From Abditibacteriaceae bacterium (GTDB taxonomy: Bacteria > Armatimonadota > Abditibacteriia > Abditibacteriales > Abditibacteriaceae): a stretch of DNA of 58,228 nucleotides. Below are positions 1-9,785 of this stretch, one piece after another (the stretch's first letter is position 1; every line of letters starts with the position of its first letter). The notes below the pieces were generated by a model that was not told the DNA's origin, did no database searches, and worked only from the letters and a program-made list of their open reading frames with translations. The stretch is from NCBI GenBank assembly GCA_031372065.1, contig JANMKN010000250.1, positions 1-58,228 on the forward strand, given 5' to 3'. A program made the position numbers and the translations under genes.

Positions 1-109
1 AGACTTTTCAAACTGATTCTGAGACAATCATAAACAACTACATATAGGCGATTGAAAGAGCAGTTTTTTAGGAACTTGGAGCTTTTTCGACGAGCAACAA
101 AACGAAGAC

Positions 110-319
110 TATGAAAGTTGCCGCCAATACAATTAAGGTTGCCGCCAACACAATTAAGATTCCGCTCAATAGAATTAAGGTTGCCGCCAACACAATTAAG
201 GTTGCCGCAGGCCAAATTAGGGTTGCCGCCAACACAATTAAGGTTCCGGTGAGCCGAATTAGAGTTTCTGTAGGGAAAATTAAGGTTCCGCTCAATAGAA
301 TTAAGGTTCCGGTCGGGGC
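110..319. repeat. Degenerate 21-bp tandem array (core AATTAAGGTT plus variable 11 nt), 9 full units from 131 and a degenerate first unit
   Basis: Units start at 131,152,173,194,215,236,257,278,299; AATTAAGGTTGCCGCCAACAC recurs. Confidence 0.9.
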
Positions 320-369
320 AAATAGGCTCACTTTTATGAAAAACTAAGACCCTCGCACCACATCCAACC

Positions 370-1344
370 ATGTTTCTTACCATCACTCCTAATTTATGCA
401 TCGAACGCACGATTTGCTTGCCGGAATTTGCCGCCGGAGCGGTTCATCGCGTGGCTCCGTCGCAATTGAAGGTCAATGTCGGCGGCAAAGGCATCAACGC
501 GGCGCGTGTGGCGACCAAATTAGGCTGCCAATCGCACGCTTTGGCGTGGGCCGGACGGCGGCAAAAAGCGTGGCTCGACGAAGAATTAACGCACGAGAAC
601 ATCGCGCATGACTTGGTAGAAACCACAGCCGACACGCGCATTTGCGTGAACGTTTTGGCGGGCAAGGGCTTTATCAAAACCGAAATCGTCGAAGCGGGCA
701 ACAGTTTGAGCGTTAACGAGGGCACGCGTTTGCTCGAACGTTACGCGGCGCTTTTGCCACAAGCCGAAATGGTGGCAATTTGCGGCTCGTATCCGCCCTG
801 CGAAAATCCCGCCATGGATATGCATTTGGCTTTGCTGGTGCAAATCGCCACGCAAGCGGGCAAACGCGTGTTGGTAGATGGCAAAGGCAAAGCGTTTCAA
901 AGGTGTCTGCGCTCCAAAACGCCGCCGTGGGCGGTGAAACCGAACCTCGACGAAGCGCAGGAATTATTGAATCGCACCATTACCACGCCGCAGGACGAAC
1001 GCCGCGCGGTGCGCGATATTTTGAAGCGTGGCGTGGAAGTTGTGATTCTGTCTTGCGGCGCGCGCGGCGCTTATTTCGGCACCAATCACGGCATTTGGTT
1101 CGCGGCGGCGCCTGCGGTGCGCGAAGTCTCGGCAGTGGGCAGCGGCGATTCGCTCGTCGGCGCCTTTTGCGCCCAGTTTTTGGAAACAAATGATCTGCTT
1201 TTGGCGGCGCGCTGGGGCATCGCGGCGGGCACCGCCAATGCCACGCAAAGCGCGTCGGCTTTTATTGGCCCGGAAGAGATTGAACCGTTGCTCGGCGAGG
1301 TCAAAATCACGACGAACGAATTGGGTTTATTGCCCCGAAATTGA
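370..1344 (+). CDS. 1-phosphofructokinase-family (PfkB) hexose kinase
   Basis: N-terminal TITPNLCIE and GGKGINAAR; KPNLDEA; C-terminal SAVGSGDSLVG PfkB signature. Confidence 0.9.
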   Translation: MFLTITPNLCIERTICLPEFAAGAVHRVAPSQLKVNVGGKGINAARVATKLGCQSHALAWAGRRQKAWLDEELTHENIAHDLVETTADTRICVNVLAGKGFIKTEIVEAGNSLSVNEGTRLLERYAALLPQAEMVAICGSYPPCENPAMDMHLALLVQIATQAGKRVLVDGKGKAFQRCLRSKTPPWAVKPNLDEAQELLNRTITTPQDERRAVRDILKRGVEVVILSCGARGAYFGTNHGIWFAAAPAVREVSAVGSGDSLVGAFCAQFLETNDLLLAARWGIAAGTANATQSASAFIGPEEIEPLLGEVKITTNELGLLPRN

Positions 1345-1557
1345 CAAAAACATTGTGCGACGGAACTTTGCGTTGTTCCGGCACGTCGCAAGGCGCCGAA
1401 ACTCCGCAGAAATCCGTTTTTTTCGTGGTTTTTCGTTCATTTTCCAGAAAAAAGCGCTTCTTCATCTCGCCGCGCCCGACGCGGCAGTTTAAACTAACGG
1501 AACCTTTTTTCGACACTTTACAAGGCTGTCGTTTTGTCCCTCATTTTTGGGCCTTAC

Positions 1558-3666
1558 ATGGTCTTATTGATGCGCAGCACCATGCAGAAATCGCAGAAAC
1601 TCTCGCCCTCGCCCTCCGCCCCCGAAATTGTTGGCGCCACGCCCGCCACACCAGTTCCCGACTCATCGCAATCACCAATATCGCTTATGCGGCGCACCGA
1701 ACGCTGGCTGTGGCTATCCGCGTTACCGCCGGTTTTATTTGTCGGTGTCGCCCTGAGCCTGCGCACGCCCGCGCCGACGAGTGTGACTACTTCAGCGGGA
1801 AATACGCTTTTGGTGCAAAATAGCGCGCCGGTGGCGGTGTTGACGGCGGCGGATACAATGGTGACAAGTTTCAAATCAATCGGCGGTTTCGCTTTGCTGA
1901 ACGGCGAATTGCAACCGGCCATTCAAGTGCGCGGCGAAGCACCGATTGAAGGCCGCGTGACGCAAGTTCTGGTCAAAACCGGCCAAAAAGTCACGGTTGG
2001 CGACCCGATTATGCGTGTGCAAGGCAAAGTCAAAGCAGCCGGCTCGCGAGACGCTATGCGCAAGCAAGATGCTGCCGAAGCCGCGCAAGTGGCCGCTGCC
2101 CATCAGCAGGAAAGTTTGCAAAGCAAACTCGCCACGCGGCAGGAAAAATTATTAGCCGCCCAACAGCGCGTCGCGCAAGCACAAAAGCGCGTCGCACAAG
2201 CGCGCACCGTGGTCGGCAGATTGGCAAAAGGTGAGCGCATCACGCGCACCGAAGTCGCAGCCATCGCCACACCAGAACTTTCCACGCGCTTGGCGGCACG
2301 CGGCTCAGTCGCTTCGCATCGCAACGAAGCCCGCGAGGCCGCGCAAAAAGAAACGACTCTCGTCGCGTGGCGCGCGGCCAAAAAAGCCGCCGAACAAGCG
2401 CGCCATGAGGCCGATGTAGCCGTTGCCGAAAGCAGCAAGGCCAAGCGCGACGCACAAGCGGCGACCAAAGACGCCGCTGCAAAAAAGCAAGCTGTCAAAG
2501 AGGCACAGGCACAGTTAGCCAAACTGCAAGGCGACGCTCTGGAAGAGGCACGCACCTCGTTAGCAAAAACGCAAGTGGCCGCGCAGGACGCCGAAGTCAA
2601 GGCCAGCGACTTGCAAAAAGTGGTCGTCATCTCCGAGGCAAAAAGCGAACTTTTGCGCAAAACCACCACCGAAGCCGATCAAAAATTAGCCAAACTGCCC
2701 GAACCGGCTTCGTCCAATGCCCCAACGCCCAAACCAGAAGAAAAAGTGGCGATTTCCAACGAGGCGCTTTCGGCTAACGACGCCATGAAATTGGCCGAGG
2801 CCGCTTTGGATGAAAGCAAGCAAGCCGCCGCCGAAGCCGAACACTTAAAAGACGAAATTGATTCCTATGCGCGGCAAGTCAAAACACTGCACGCCACGCT
2901 AAATTCGACCAGCGAAAATCTGGAATCGGCGCAAATGAATGTCGTAGATTCGAAAATTGCAGAGAAACTCGAAGCCGTGCGCTCCCCCGCGACGGGCGTA
3001 GTTTTGGATATTGCCACTGCGGCCCGTTATGTTGCCCCTGGAGAAACCATTATCGCCATTGGGCGGCCTGACCGCTTGGAAGTGCGTTTTGAAGACACTT
3101 CCGATGCGTGGAAGGCCTTAAAAATCGGCACACAACTGTCCGCTGCCATTCAGGAAGGCGCGCAAAAAACGCCGGTTTTAGCTGAATTACAGGAAATTAA
3201 AGAACCCAAGAATGGCAAGGCCGCTGTTCTGGTCACAGCGATTGATAATCCGCGTCAGGTCACTGGCGCACGCCGTTTTCGTTCTGGTCTGGCGGTGCAA
3301 TGCTCCATTGCACGCCCCGGCGCGCGGGAATCTCTCAGCATTCCCAGCGCGGCTCTGTGGCGCGATACTGCCGGTCAAACTTTAGTCGCAGTTCTGGTTC
3401 CAACAGCAGTCAATGCCCAGCCCGCAACGCCTGCCGAAGTGCAAACCGATATTCAACCAGACGTTCTTGCAACGCCTCCGACAGCCAATGCTCTTGCAAC
3501 TTTTCGTGTGCAGTGGCGCGCTGTAATTACCGGCCAAGGCGATGCCCTGCAACAAGAAATCGCCGGAGGTTTGCAAGCGGGCGAGCGCATCGCCTTGCGT
3601 CCCGCGCCTTTGCGTGAATTAACCGAAAAGCATGGGCCGAACTCCTTTGTGCAAATGTCTGCCTGA
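1558..3666 (+). CDS. HlyD/RND-type membrane fusion (periplasmic adaptor) protein with very long Ala/Lys/Glu coiled coil
   Basis: N-terminal TM; lipoyl half-motifs APIEGRVTQVLVKTGQKV and VRSPATGVV; C-terminal IPSAAL and GGLQAGERI; start codon uncertain (1558/1570/1582). Confidence 0.75.
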   Translation: MVLLMRSTMQKSQKLSPSPSAPEIVGATPATPVPDSSQSPISLMRRTERWLWLSALPPVLFVGVALSLRTPAPTSVTTSAGNTLLVQNSAPVAVLTAADTMVTSFKSIGGFALLNGELQPAIQVRGEAPIEGRVTQVLVKTGQKVTVGDPIMRVQGKVKAAGSRDAMRKQDAAEAAQVAAAHQQESLQSKLATRQEKLLAAQQRVAQAQKRVAQARTVVGRLAKGERITRTEVAAIATPELSTRLAARGSVASHRNEAREAAQKETTLVAWRAAKKAAEQARHEADVAVAESSKAKRDAQAATKDAAAKKQAVKEAQAQLAKLQGDALEEARTSLAKTQVAAQDAEVKASDLQKVVVISEAKSELLRKTTTEADQKLAKLPEPASSNAPTPKPEEKVAISNEALSANDAMKLAEAALDESKQAAAEAEHLKDEIDSYARQVKTLHATLNSTSENLESAQMNVVDSKIAEKLEAVRSPATGVVLDIATAARYVAPGETIIAIGRPDRLEVRFEDTSDAWKALKIGTQLSAAIQEGAQKTPVLAELQEIKEPKNGKAAVLVTAIDNPRQVTGARRFRSGLAVQCSIARPGARESLSIPSAALWRDTAGQTLVAVLVPTAVNAQPATPAEVQTDIQPDVLATPPTANALATFRVQWRAVITGQGDALQQEIAGGLQAGERIALRPAPLRELTEKHGPNSFVQMSA

Positions 3667-3706
3667 TGTCCGCTTGATTTGAACTTGATTTGGAAGTTGT
3701 TATCTT

Positions 3707-5029
3707 ATGAAGCTGTTTTTCCCTCGTTTTTCCCTGTTGGCCGTGCCCTTGGTTTTAGGAGCGCAAAGCCCTTCCTTATTGGCCGCCCCCCTTGATCGCA
3801 ATGGCGCCGCCACCGACACAGCAGCGTTGCCTTGGCTCAAAGGTATTTTGCCGAACGAAGTCACAGCGGGCGATGAATTTTCGCGCGCCGCAGCCGCCTT
3901 AGAAAAATGCCGCGCCGCCGAAAGAGATGCCTCGCGCCGTGCCACGCGGGGCGAAATCACGCAGCGCGAATTACAAACCTATCGTAGCGCTACCCAACTC
4001 GCCCAGCAGCGCGTCGAGGCTTTACTATCGCGCGATGGCAAACCACACGCAACGCTGCCGATTGCCCAAAATACCCCAAGTGCGCCGCCCTTGCGAGTGC
4101 CGGCTTTGGTGTCGTTGCCACCAGTGCCTACCACTAACAAAGTGCCCGTTTCCATTCTGCGTTTGGCGCCGCGTGTGACGGCAGTGGATCAAAACGCCGA
4201 AGGCAAAGTGTCTTCAGGGGCTTACGGCTATCGCTCGATGCACGCGAAAATCAAATTCATCGCTATGCTGCCGACGGATAAAGGCGCGACTTCGGGCGCG
4301 GCCATGCCGCAAACAGCACCAGAAACGAAAACGGCGGTGGCGCCTGCCTTGCCGCCGGCCACTACGCGCAATGCCGCGCCGATTAGTTTGCCCGTGGCGA
4401 CACTGCCGCCGATAACTACGCCTGCAAAGCCCACCGCGCCGAAGCCGCCAGAGAATGAGGCCAAAAACGCCAAGCAATCTGCCGCCGATTTGCAAAGGTT
4501 GGCCCAATTAGACGCCGCACTTCAGCGCGCCGATAAGCGCTTGAGCGCGGCCAACGAGGCTCTGAGCGAAGGCCAACAGCAATTAACGCGCTTTGCCGGC
4601 ACGCTACGCCAAGCCATGATGGAAGCTGGCCCCGATGCCGTCGGTTTGCATCCTTTTGTAAAAGTCGCTGAAAAATATGCGGGCACGCCTTATGTATGGG
4701 GCGGCGAATCGCGCAACGGTTTCGATTGCTCCGGCATGATTATCCGCGTCATGCGCGATTTGGGTTATCAAGCGTTGCCCCACTCAGCCGCCGAGCAGTT
4801 TCGTTATGGAAAACCCATCGCGCAGGAGCTTTTAAAGCCGGGTGATTTAGTTTTCTTCGCCAATACTTACAAAGCGGGCATTTCGCACGTCGGCATTTAT
4901 TTGGGTAAGCGCCGCTTTATTCACGCTGCCGGAACCGGCAAAGGCACCATCGTTTCTTCGCTGGACATGCCGAAGTTTCAGCAAAAATACGCGGGCGCCC
5001 GCCGCCTGATCGCCTCACGCGGTGATTAA
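3707..5029 (+). CDS. Secreted NlpC/P60 (C40) peptidoglycan endopeptidase
   Basis: Signal peptide; GTPYVWGG, GFDCSG, PGDLVFF, SHVGIYLG, FIHA motifs. Confidence 0.92.
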   Translation: MKLFFPRFSLLAVPLVLGAQSPSLLAAPLDRNGAATDTAALPWLKGILPNEVTAGDEFSRAAAALEKCRAAERDASRRATRGEITQRELQTYRSATQLAQQRVEALLSRDGKPHATLPIAQNTPSAPPLRVPALVSLPPVPTTNKVPVSILRLAPRVTAVDQNAEGKVSSGAYGYRSMHAKIKFIAMLPTDKGATSGAAMPQTAPETKTAVAPALPPATTRNAAPISLPVATLPPITTPAKPTAPKPPENEAKNAKQSAADLQRLAQLDAALQRADKRLSAANEALSEGQQQLTRFAGTLRQAMMEAGPDAVGLHPFVKVAEKYAGTPYVWGGESRNGFDCSGMIIRVMRDLGYQALPHSAAEQFRYGKPIAQELLKPGDLVFFANTYKAGISHVGIYLGKRRFIHAAGTGKGTIVSSLDMPKFQQKYAGARRLIASRGD

Positions 5030-5047
5030 AGTAGCTGATTAAGATAA

Positions 5048-5095
5048 AAACACCAAAGGCACGACGAGAAAATTCTCGTCGCGCCTTTGGTGTTT
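5048..5095. terminator. Hairpin between convergent genes
   Basis: AAACACCAAAGGCACGACGAG / CTCGTCGCGCCTTTGGTGTTT inverted repeat. Confidence 0.75.
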
Positions 5096-5129
5096 GTAGT
5101 TGTGCCGCACTCGACACTTACCTCGACAC

Positions 5130-6407
5130 TTACAATGTTCGCCCCATCGCTTCCAAAAAGGCTTGCACCACCAGCGGGTCAAGGGCTTGACCGGCTTCTT
5201 CGGCTAACGAATCCAAGGCGCCGCCGACCACAGACATTGGGCCACGATCAGCACGCGGTTGCGTCATGGCCGCAAAACGCGACGCGACGGCTAAAATGCG
5301 CGCGCCGAGCGGAATCATATCGCCGGAAAGTCCATCGGGCGTGCCTTTTCCATCGTAGCGCTCGCTTTGATGCCGCACCAAAGGCGCGATTTCGGCTAAT
5401 CCCTCGGTTTCGGCCAACCAATCGGCGCCGCTCGATATCGCCACACGCACATTTTCTAATTCTTCGGGGCTGAGTTTGCCTTCTTTTTGCAAAATGGCAT
5501 CGGGCACGCCCAATTTGCCGGTTTCGTGCAGCAAAGCGGCAAATTCGACGCGTTCGCGCCCTTCGCTGGGCAGATGCAACTGACGCGCGATAAGTCCGGC
5601 ATAAAACGCCACCGCTTTGGCATGGCCGGTTCGATTCGGTTCGCGCCTTTCGGCGGTGGAAGCCAATAATTCCGCGATGGCGCGATAAGCATGCGCTAAA
5701 CGCTCCAAACGCCGCGCCGCGCCCAAAGCATCGCCCGCTTGCGCAGCGGCGGCTTCGACCAAAGGTTTCAAATGCGAGGACAACAAACCTTCGGGCGTGG
5801 CGATCCATAGCAACGCGAGGCCCACGATGAGATTTTCGTCTTCGCCGTATTGCGATAACAAGGGCAAAGCCAACGCGGGCAAAGCTGCTGCCGTCTCGTC
5901 GGGCGAGGGTGCTTCGGCATCGCCCGCCAACGTATTGCGCGCTTCATCAGTCAAGGCGAGCGTGTTGGCCCAATCGCAAACTTCGCCGATAATCACCTGT
6001 AAATGCGCCGGAACTTGTTTAATGAAAAATGGTTCTGCCGGCAAATTAGCCCACAAATGCGCGGCGGCCAAGCGAGAATCGCCAAAGAGTGACGCCTCAA
6101 AAAGTTCGCCTTCGGCGGCGGCGTTTTCGGATTCCAAACCTTCGTAAAGGTCGAGTTGGGCTTCACTTTGCGACACAGCCAGCAAACGCAACGCGTCGCC
6201 GGTCATTTCGCGAGAAAACACCGCCACAGTTTGCCCGCCGACCAATTCACGCAGGCCAATTGCTATTTGTTCGGCCAATTGTTCCGCGTCTTCACGATCA
6301 CTTTTATGCACGCGCTGCATCCAAACCAACAAGCGGCGCGTGCCATCCGCCATTGTTTGGTCAGGTTCTTCATTCCAGCCTGTGACATTCCATTGCGATA
6401 TGCGCAC
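5130..6407 (-). CDS. HD-GYP domain protein with GAF-like N-terminus; metal ligands degenerate
   Basis: LHETGKLGVPDAILQKEGKLS, ERYDGKGTPDGLSG, IPLGARILAVA, LDPLVVQAF. Confidence 0.85.
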   Translation of the reverse strand: MRISQWNVTGWNEEPDQTMADGTRRLLVWMQRVHKSDREDAEQLAEQIAIGLRELVGGQTVAVFSREMTGDALRLLAVSQSEAQLDLYEGLESENAAAEGELFEASLFGDSRLAAAHLWANLPAEPFFIKQVPAHLQVIIGEVCDWANTLALTDEARNTLAGDAEAPSPDETAAALPALALPLLSQYGEDENLIVGLALLWIATPEGLLSSHLKPLVEAAAAQAGDALGAARRLERLAHAYRAIAELLASTAERREPNRTGHAKAVAFYAGLIARQLHLPSEGRERVEFAALLHETGKLGVPDAILQKEGKLSPEELENVRVAISSGADWLAETEGLAEIAPLVRHQSERYDGKGTPDGLSGDMIPLGARILAVASRFAAMTQPRADRGPMSVVGGALDSLAEEAGQALDPLVVQAFLEAMGRTL

Positions 6408-6478
6408 GACAACCTCCCGATTAAATAAAATAGAGTGCGCGCTCTTTTGACAAACACGGCAAGGCGCTTCGATTTTCC

Positions 6479-7183
6479 ATGTCAGTTTCTACCAAAAACA
6501 ACGCAGATTCCAACGCCATTTCGCTTTATCCGCCTTTTTCAGCGCGCGGACGCTTGCGTGGATTGTATGTTATCACCGATGCCTCTTTGGGGGGCGGCCA
6601 TCTCCCTATTACCCGCGCGGCGTTGGCTGGTGGCGCGCGAATGATTCAATTGCGCGATAAAAGCACGCCGTTGCCGGAACTTTTGCTCATCGCCCGCGAA
6701 ATGCGGCGCCTAACGCACGAAAAAAACGCGCTTTTTATCATCAATGACCGCGCCGATTTCGCTCTTTGCGCCAACGCCGATGGCGTGCATCTTGGCCCCG
6801 ATGATTTGCCTGTGGACGCCGCGCGCCAAATTCTTGGCCCGCACAAAATTATCGGTGCCTCGTGCGGCACTGTCGAGGAAGCTATCGCCGCACAGCGCGA
6901 TGGCGCCGATTATATCGGCTGCGGCGCGATATTCGGCACGCAAACCAAAAGCGATGCGGGCGCGGCGATTGGTCTTGATGCCTTGCGGCGAATTACTGGG
7001 GCTACTGCCCTGCCCGTCGCGGCTATCGGCGGCGTGAATCTCTCAAATATCGCCGCCACACGCGAAGCCGGCGCCGCAATGGCTGCTGTTATCACCGCGA
7101 TTACCAACGTCGGCGCTGAGAGCGACATGACACAAGCCACGCGCGCTTTAGTGGAAAGAATGAAAGCATCGGCGTCAGCTTAA
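6479..7183 (+). CDS. thiE: Thiamine-phosphate synthase
   Basis: LYVITD, IQLRDK, FIINDR, DGVHLG, TQTKSDA, AIGG motifs. Confidence 0.95.
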   Translation: MSVSTKNNADSNAISLYPPFSARGRLRGLYVITDASLGGGHLPITRAALAGGARMIQLRDKSTPLPELLLIAREMRRLTHEKNALFIINDRADFALCANADGVHLGPDDLPVDAARQILGPHKIIGASCGTVEEAIAAQRDGADYIGCGAIFGTQTKSDAGAAIGLDALRRITGATALPVAAIGGVNLSNIAATREAGAAMAAVITAITNVGAESDMTQATRALVERMKASASA

Positions 7184-7221
7184 AAAGTCGGCAAACCCGC
7201 TTAACTCACATTGATAAGCAT

Positions 7222-7535
7222 CGGATATGAATACTGTGCTGATCAATGAATATCCCTAATGAATGGATACTCTGACTCATCCACTTGATACTCTGCACAG
7301 CCGCTTGACTGATATTATTATCAAACGGATATGAATACTCGCCTGATTAATGAATATCCCTAATGAATGGATACTCTGCACAGCGTTTGGGTAATCTGCA
7401 CAGCCGTTTGGCTCTCTTACATCACGAAACAATAAGAATACGAGCCTGATTAATGATCTTCACTAATGAATGGGTCTTCTGCACAGCGTTTCACTCATCT
7501 GACGCGCCCTTTGGGTCATCTGAACGCGTGCGTCA
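7222..7535. repeat. Three ~104-bp direct repeats built from ~21-bp subunits
   Basis: CGGATATGAATAC...AATGAATATCCCTAATGAATGGATACTCTG at 7222 and 7326; degenerate third copy near 7430; TCTGCACAGC recurs. Confidence 0.85.
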
Positions 7536-7569
7536 AACTCTTCGATAGGACTTTGCAAACACTCTCACT

Positions 7570-8544
7570 ATGAATCTCTCGACACTCGGCGAATTTGGCC
7601 TGATTGCGCGCCTTCAGCAAACTCTGGCGCAGCGTCCCGGCGTGCGATGCGGCATTGGCGACGATGCTGCGATTTTGGAAAGTCTTTCCGCGCCGATTGT
7701 CACTTGCGACGCGTTGGTCGAACAAATTCATTTTCGCCTCGATTGGACAACACTGCGCGATCTCGGTTGGAAAGCGATGGCCGTCAACATTTCCGACATC
7801 GCCGCTATGGGCGGCACTCCTGTGGCGGCTTTTGTCGCGTTGGCGCTGCCACAAGACTTCGCCGTCGAACAAATCGAAGAACTTTATGCGGGCATGGAAG
7901 AAGCCGCCGCTGCCTTCGCTTTCACCATCGCGGGCGGCGACACCACAAAATCGCCCGGCCCCATGTTGCTTTCGATTACGCTCATCGGCAACGCAACGCA
8001 GCCTGTGCTGCGTTCTGGTGCGCAAATCGGTGATATTTTGCTCGTCACCCGCACACTGGGCGATGCGGCAGCGGCTTTGGTGGCCTTAGAGAAAGGCTTG
8101 GCCGTGCCCGACGAACTTTTATGGCGCCATCACAAACCAATGCCGCGCCTGCGTGAAATGCACACCGCGCTGACTATCGAAAATGCGGTTCACGCCGCGC
8201 TGGATTTATCCGATGGATTGGCGGGCGACGCGGCGCATATTGCCCGCGCGTCGAATGTCACCTTGGAAATTGAAACGGCGGCCTTGCCGATTTCAGCATC
8301 CTGCCGCGCCATAGCCGCAACGATGCAAAAAAATGTTTTCGATTGGGCGCTTGCGGGCGGCGAAGATTATGAATTGCTGCTTTGCGTGGCGCCTTGCAAA
8401 GCCGACGCGGTGCGCGCTGCCATCGAAAATGGCGGCACGCCCTGCACCATTATTGGGCGCGTAATTTCCCAAGGCAAGGTGCCCGTTATGCTGCTTGACA
8501 AGGGAACACACAAACCTGCGCCAGGCGGATTCGCGCATTTCTAA
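7570..8544 (+). CDS. thiL: Thiamine-monophosphate kinase
   Basis: GEFGLI, GIGDDAA, AVNISDIAAMGG, GGDT, DLSDGL, GGEDYELL. Confidence 0.95.
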   Translation: MNLSTLGEFGLIARLQQTLAQRPGVRCGIGDDAAILESLSAPIVTCDALVEQIHFRLDWTTLRDLGWKAMAVNISDIAAMGGTPVAAFVALALPQDFAVEQIEELYAGMEEAAAAFAFTIAGGDTTKSPGPMLLSITLIGNATQPVLRSGAQIGDILLVTRTLGDAAAALVALEKGLAVPDELLWRHHKPMPRLREMHTALTIENAVHAALDLSDGLAGDAAHIARASNVTLEIETAALPISASCRAIAATMQKNVFDWALAGGEDYELLLCVAPCKADAVRAAIENGGTPCTIIGRVISQGKVPVMLLDKGTHKPAPGGFAHF

Positions 8545-8807
8545 AAGCGGTGCGAAATCGAAATTCTGATGGCGCATTATACGTCACAAAACGAGTCCGC
8601 AAAAACGCGTGTGCATGATTGCTTGCTGCGCTAAACTGGCGTGATAACCGGAACGTCGTTCGCGTTTCACAGCCATTTTATCTTTCATTTTCACAGGGTT
8701 TAGAATGGTTCAAAGTTCGGGTGCCCTCCGGGCAGATTCAAAGTTAGTTGCAACATCCAACGTTAAACATTGAACCTGAAACCTTGAACCACACAGAAAG
8801 GACTTTC

Positions 8808-9785
8808 ATGCAAGTAGATGCGGGCTTAAAGTTTTTCGTTTGGCTGGTTATCATGGTGGTCGGCCTTGTCGTTTCGTTTGTCGTCGGCGCCAGCGGCGGC
8901 ACATTGGGGCCAGTTTTGGGTGTGCTATTGGGCCTCTCCACTTTCGTCGTCGCGTGGCTGGTTTCATCTGCCATTCGTATGGTGGCGCAGTGGCAACGAG
9001 CGATTGTGCTGCGTTTGGGCAAGTTCACCGGCATCAAAGGGCCGGGATTGTTTTTCATTACGCCGCTCATCGAATCCGTTAGTAGCGTCATTGATTTGCG
9101 CACGATTACTTCGACTTTCAAAGCCGAACAAGCCATCACCGCCGACACAGTGCCGGTAGATGTAGACGCCGTTTTGTTCTGGCGCGTCACTGACCCCGAA
9201 AAAGCGGCGCTTGAAGTGCAAGCCTACGATCAGGCTGTGGGCTGGGCTTCGCAGACCGCTTTGCGCGACGTGATTGGCCGTTCTACGCTGGCCGATATTT
9301 TGTCGGGCCGCGAAAAAATTGACTCGGTCTTGCGTGAAATCATTGACCATCGCACCGAACCGTGGGGCATTAGCGTCACCAGCGTGGAAATCCGCGACGT
9401 TGTGATCCCCAATAATTTGCAGGATGCCATGAGCCGTCAAGCGCAAGCCGAACGCGAACGTCAAGCGCGCATTATTTTGGGCGAAAGCGAAACGCAAATC
9501 GCCAGCAAATTCATGGAAGCCGCCGCGTTGTATGCCACTAATCCTGTCGCGTTGCACCTGCGCGCCATGAATATGCTTTACGAAGGCATGAAAGACAAAG
9601 GCAGCCTGATTATCGTGCCTTCTTCGGCACTCGAAACCATGAACCTTGGCGTCACCAGTTTGGCTTCGCTCAAAACAATGGCCGATCAAGCGGGCGCCAC
9701 GCAACTCGCCGCGCCGGTTCCGGCCCTTGGCCCACAGCCACCTTCTGCTGTTGCGCCAGTAAATTTTCCGGGAATGGACTTATAA
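8808..9785 (+). CDS. SPFH/stomatin (slipin) family membrane protein
   Basis: RBS GAAAGGA before ATG 8808; VLRLGK, GPGLFF, QTALRDVIG, AMSRQAQAERER. Confidence 0.92.
   Translation: MQVDAGLKFFVWLVIMVVGLVVSFVVGASGGTLGPVLGVLLGLSTFVVAWLVSSAIRMVAQWQRAIVLRLGKFTGIKGPGLFFITPLIESVSSVIDLRTITSTFKAEQAITADTVPVDVDAVLFWRVTDPEKAALEVQAYDQAVGWASQTALRDVIGRSTLADILSGREKIDSVLREIIDHRTEPWGISVTSVEIRDVVIPNNLQDAMSRQAQAERERQARIILGESETQIASKFMEAAALYATNPVALHLRAMNMLYEGMKDKGSLIIVPSSALETMNLGVTSLASLKTMADQAGATQLAAPVPALGPQPPSAVAPVNFPGMDL

Noticed and set aside
110..319. Possible CRISPR array (also considered for 7222-7535, 21476-21925 and 43280-43531)
   Set aside because: Period of 21 bp is too short, variable parts are re-used or only 6-11 nt, and no cas genes are in the window
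68..347. ORFs 111..347 (+) and 68..331 (-) encoding heptad peptides
   Set aside because: Open frames on both strands follow from the 21-bp repeat; no independent coding evidence
1341..1823. 160-aa ORF overlapping the adaptor gene start
   Set aside because: Overlaps a better-supported CDS in another frame and has no motif
6408..7570. TPP riboswitch near thiE or thiL
   Set aside because: No CTGAGA/GGG-type thi-box core found by eye in either intergenic region
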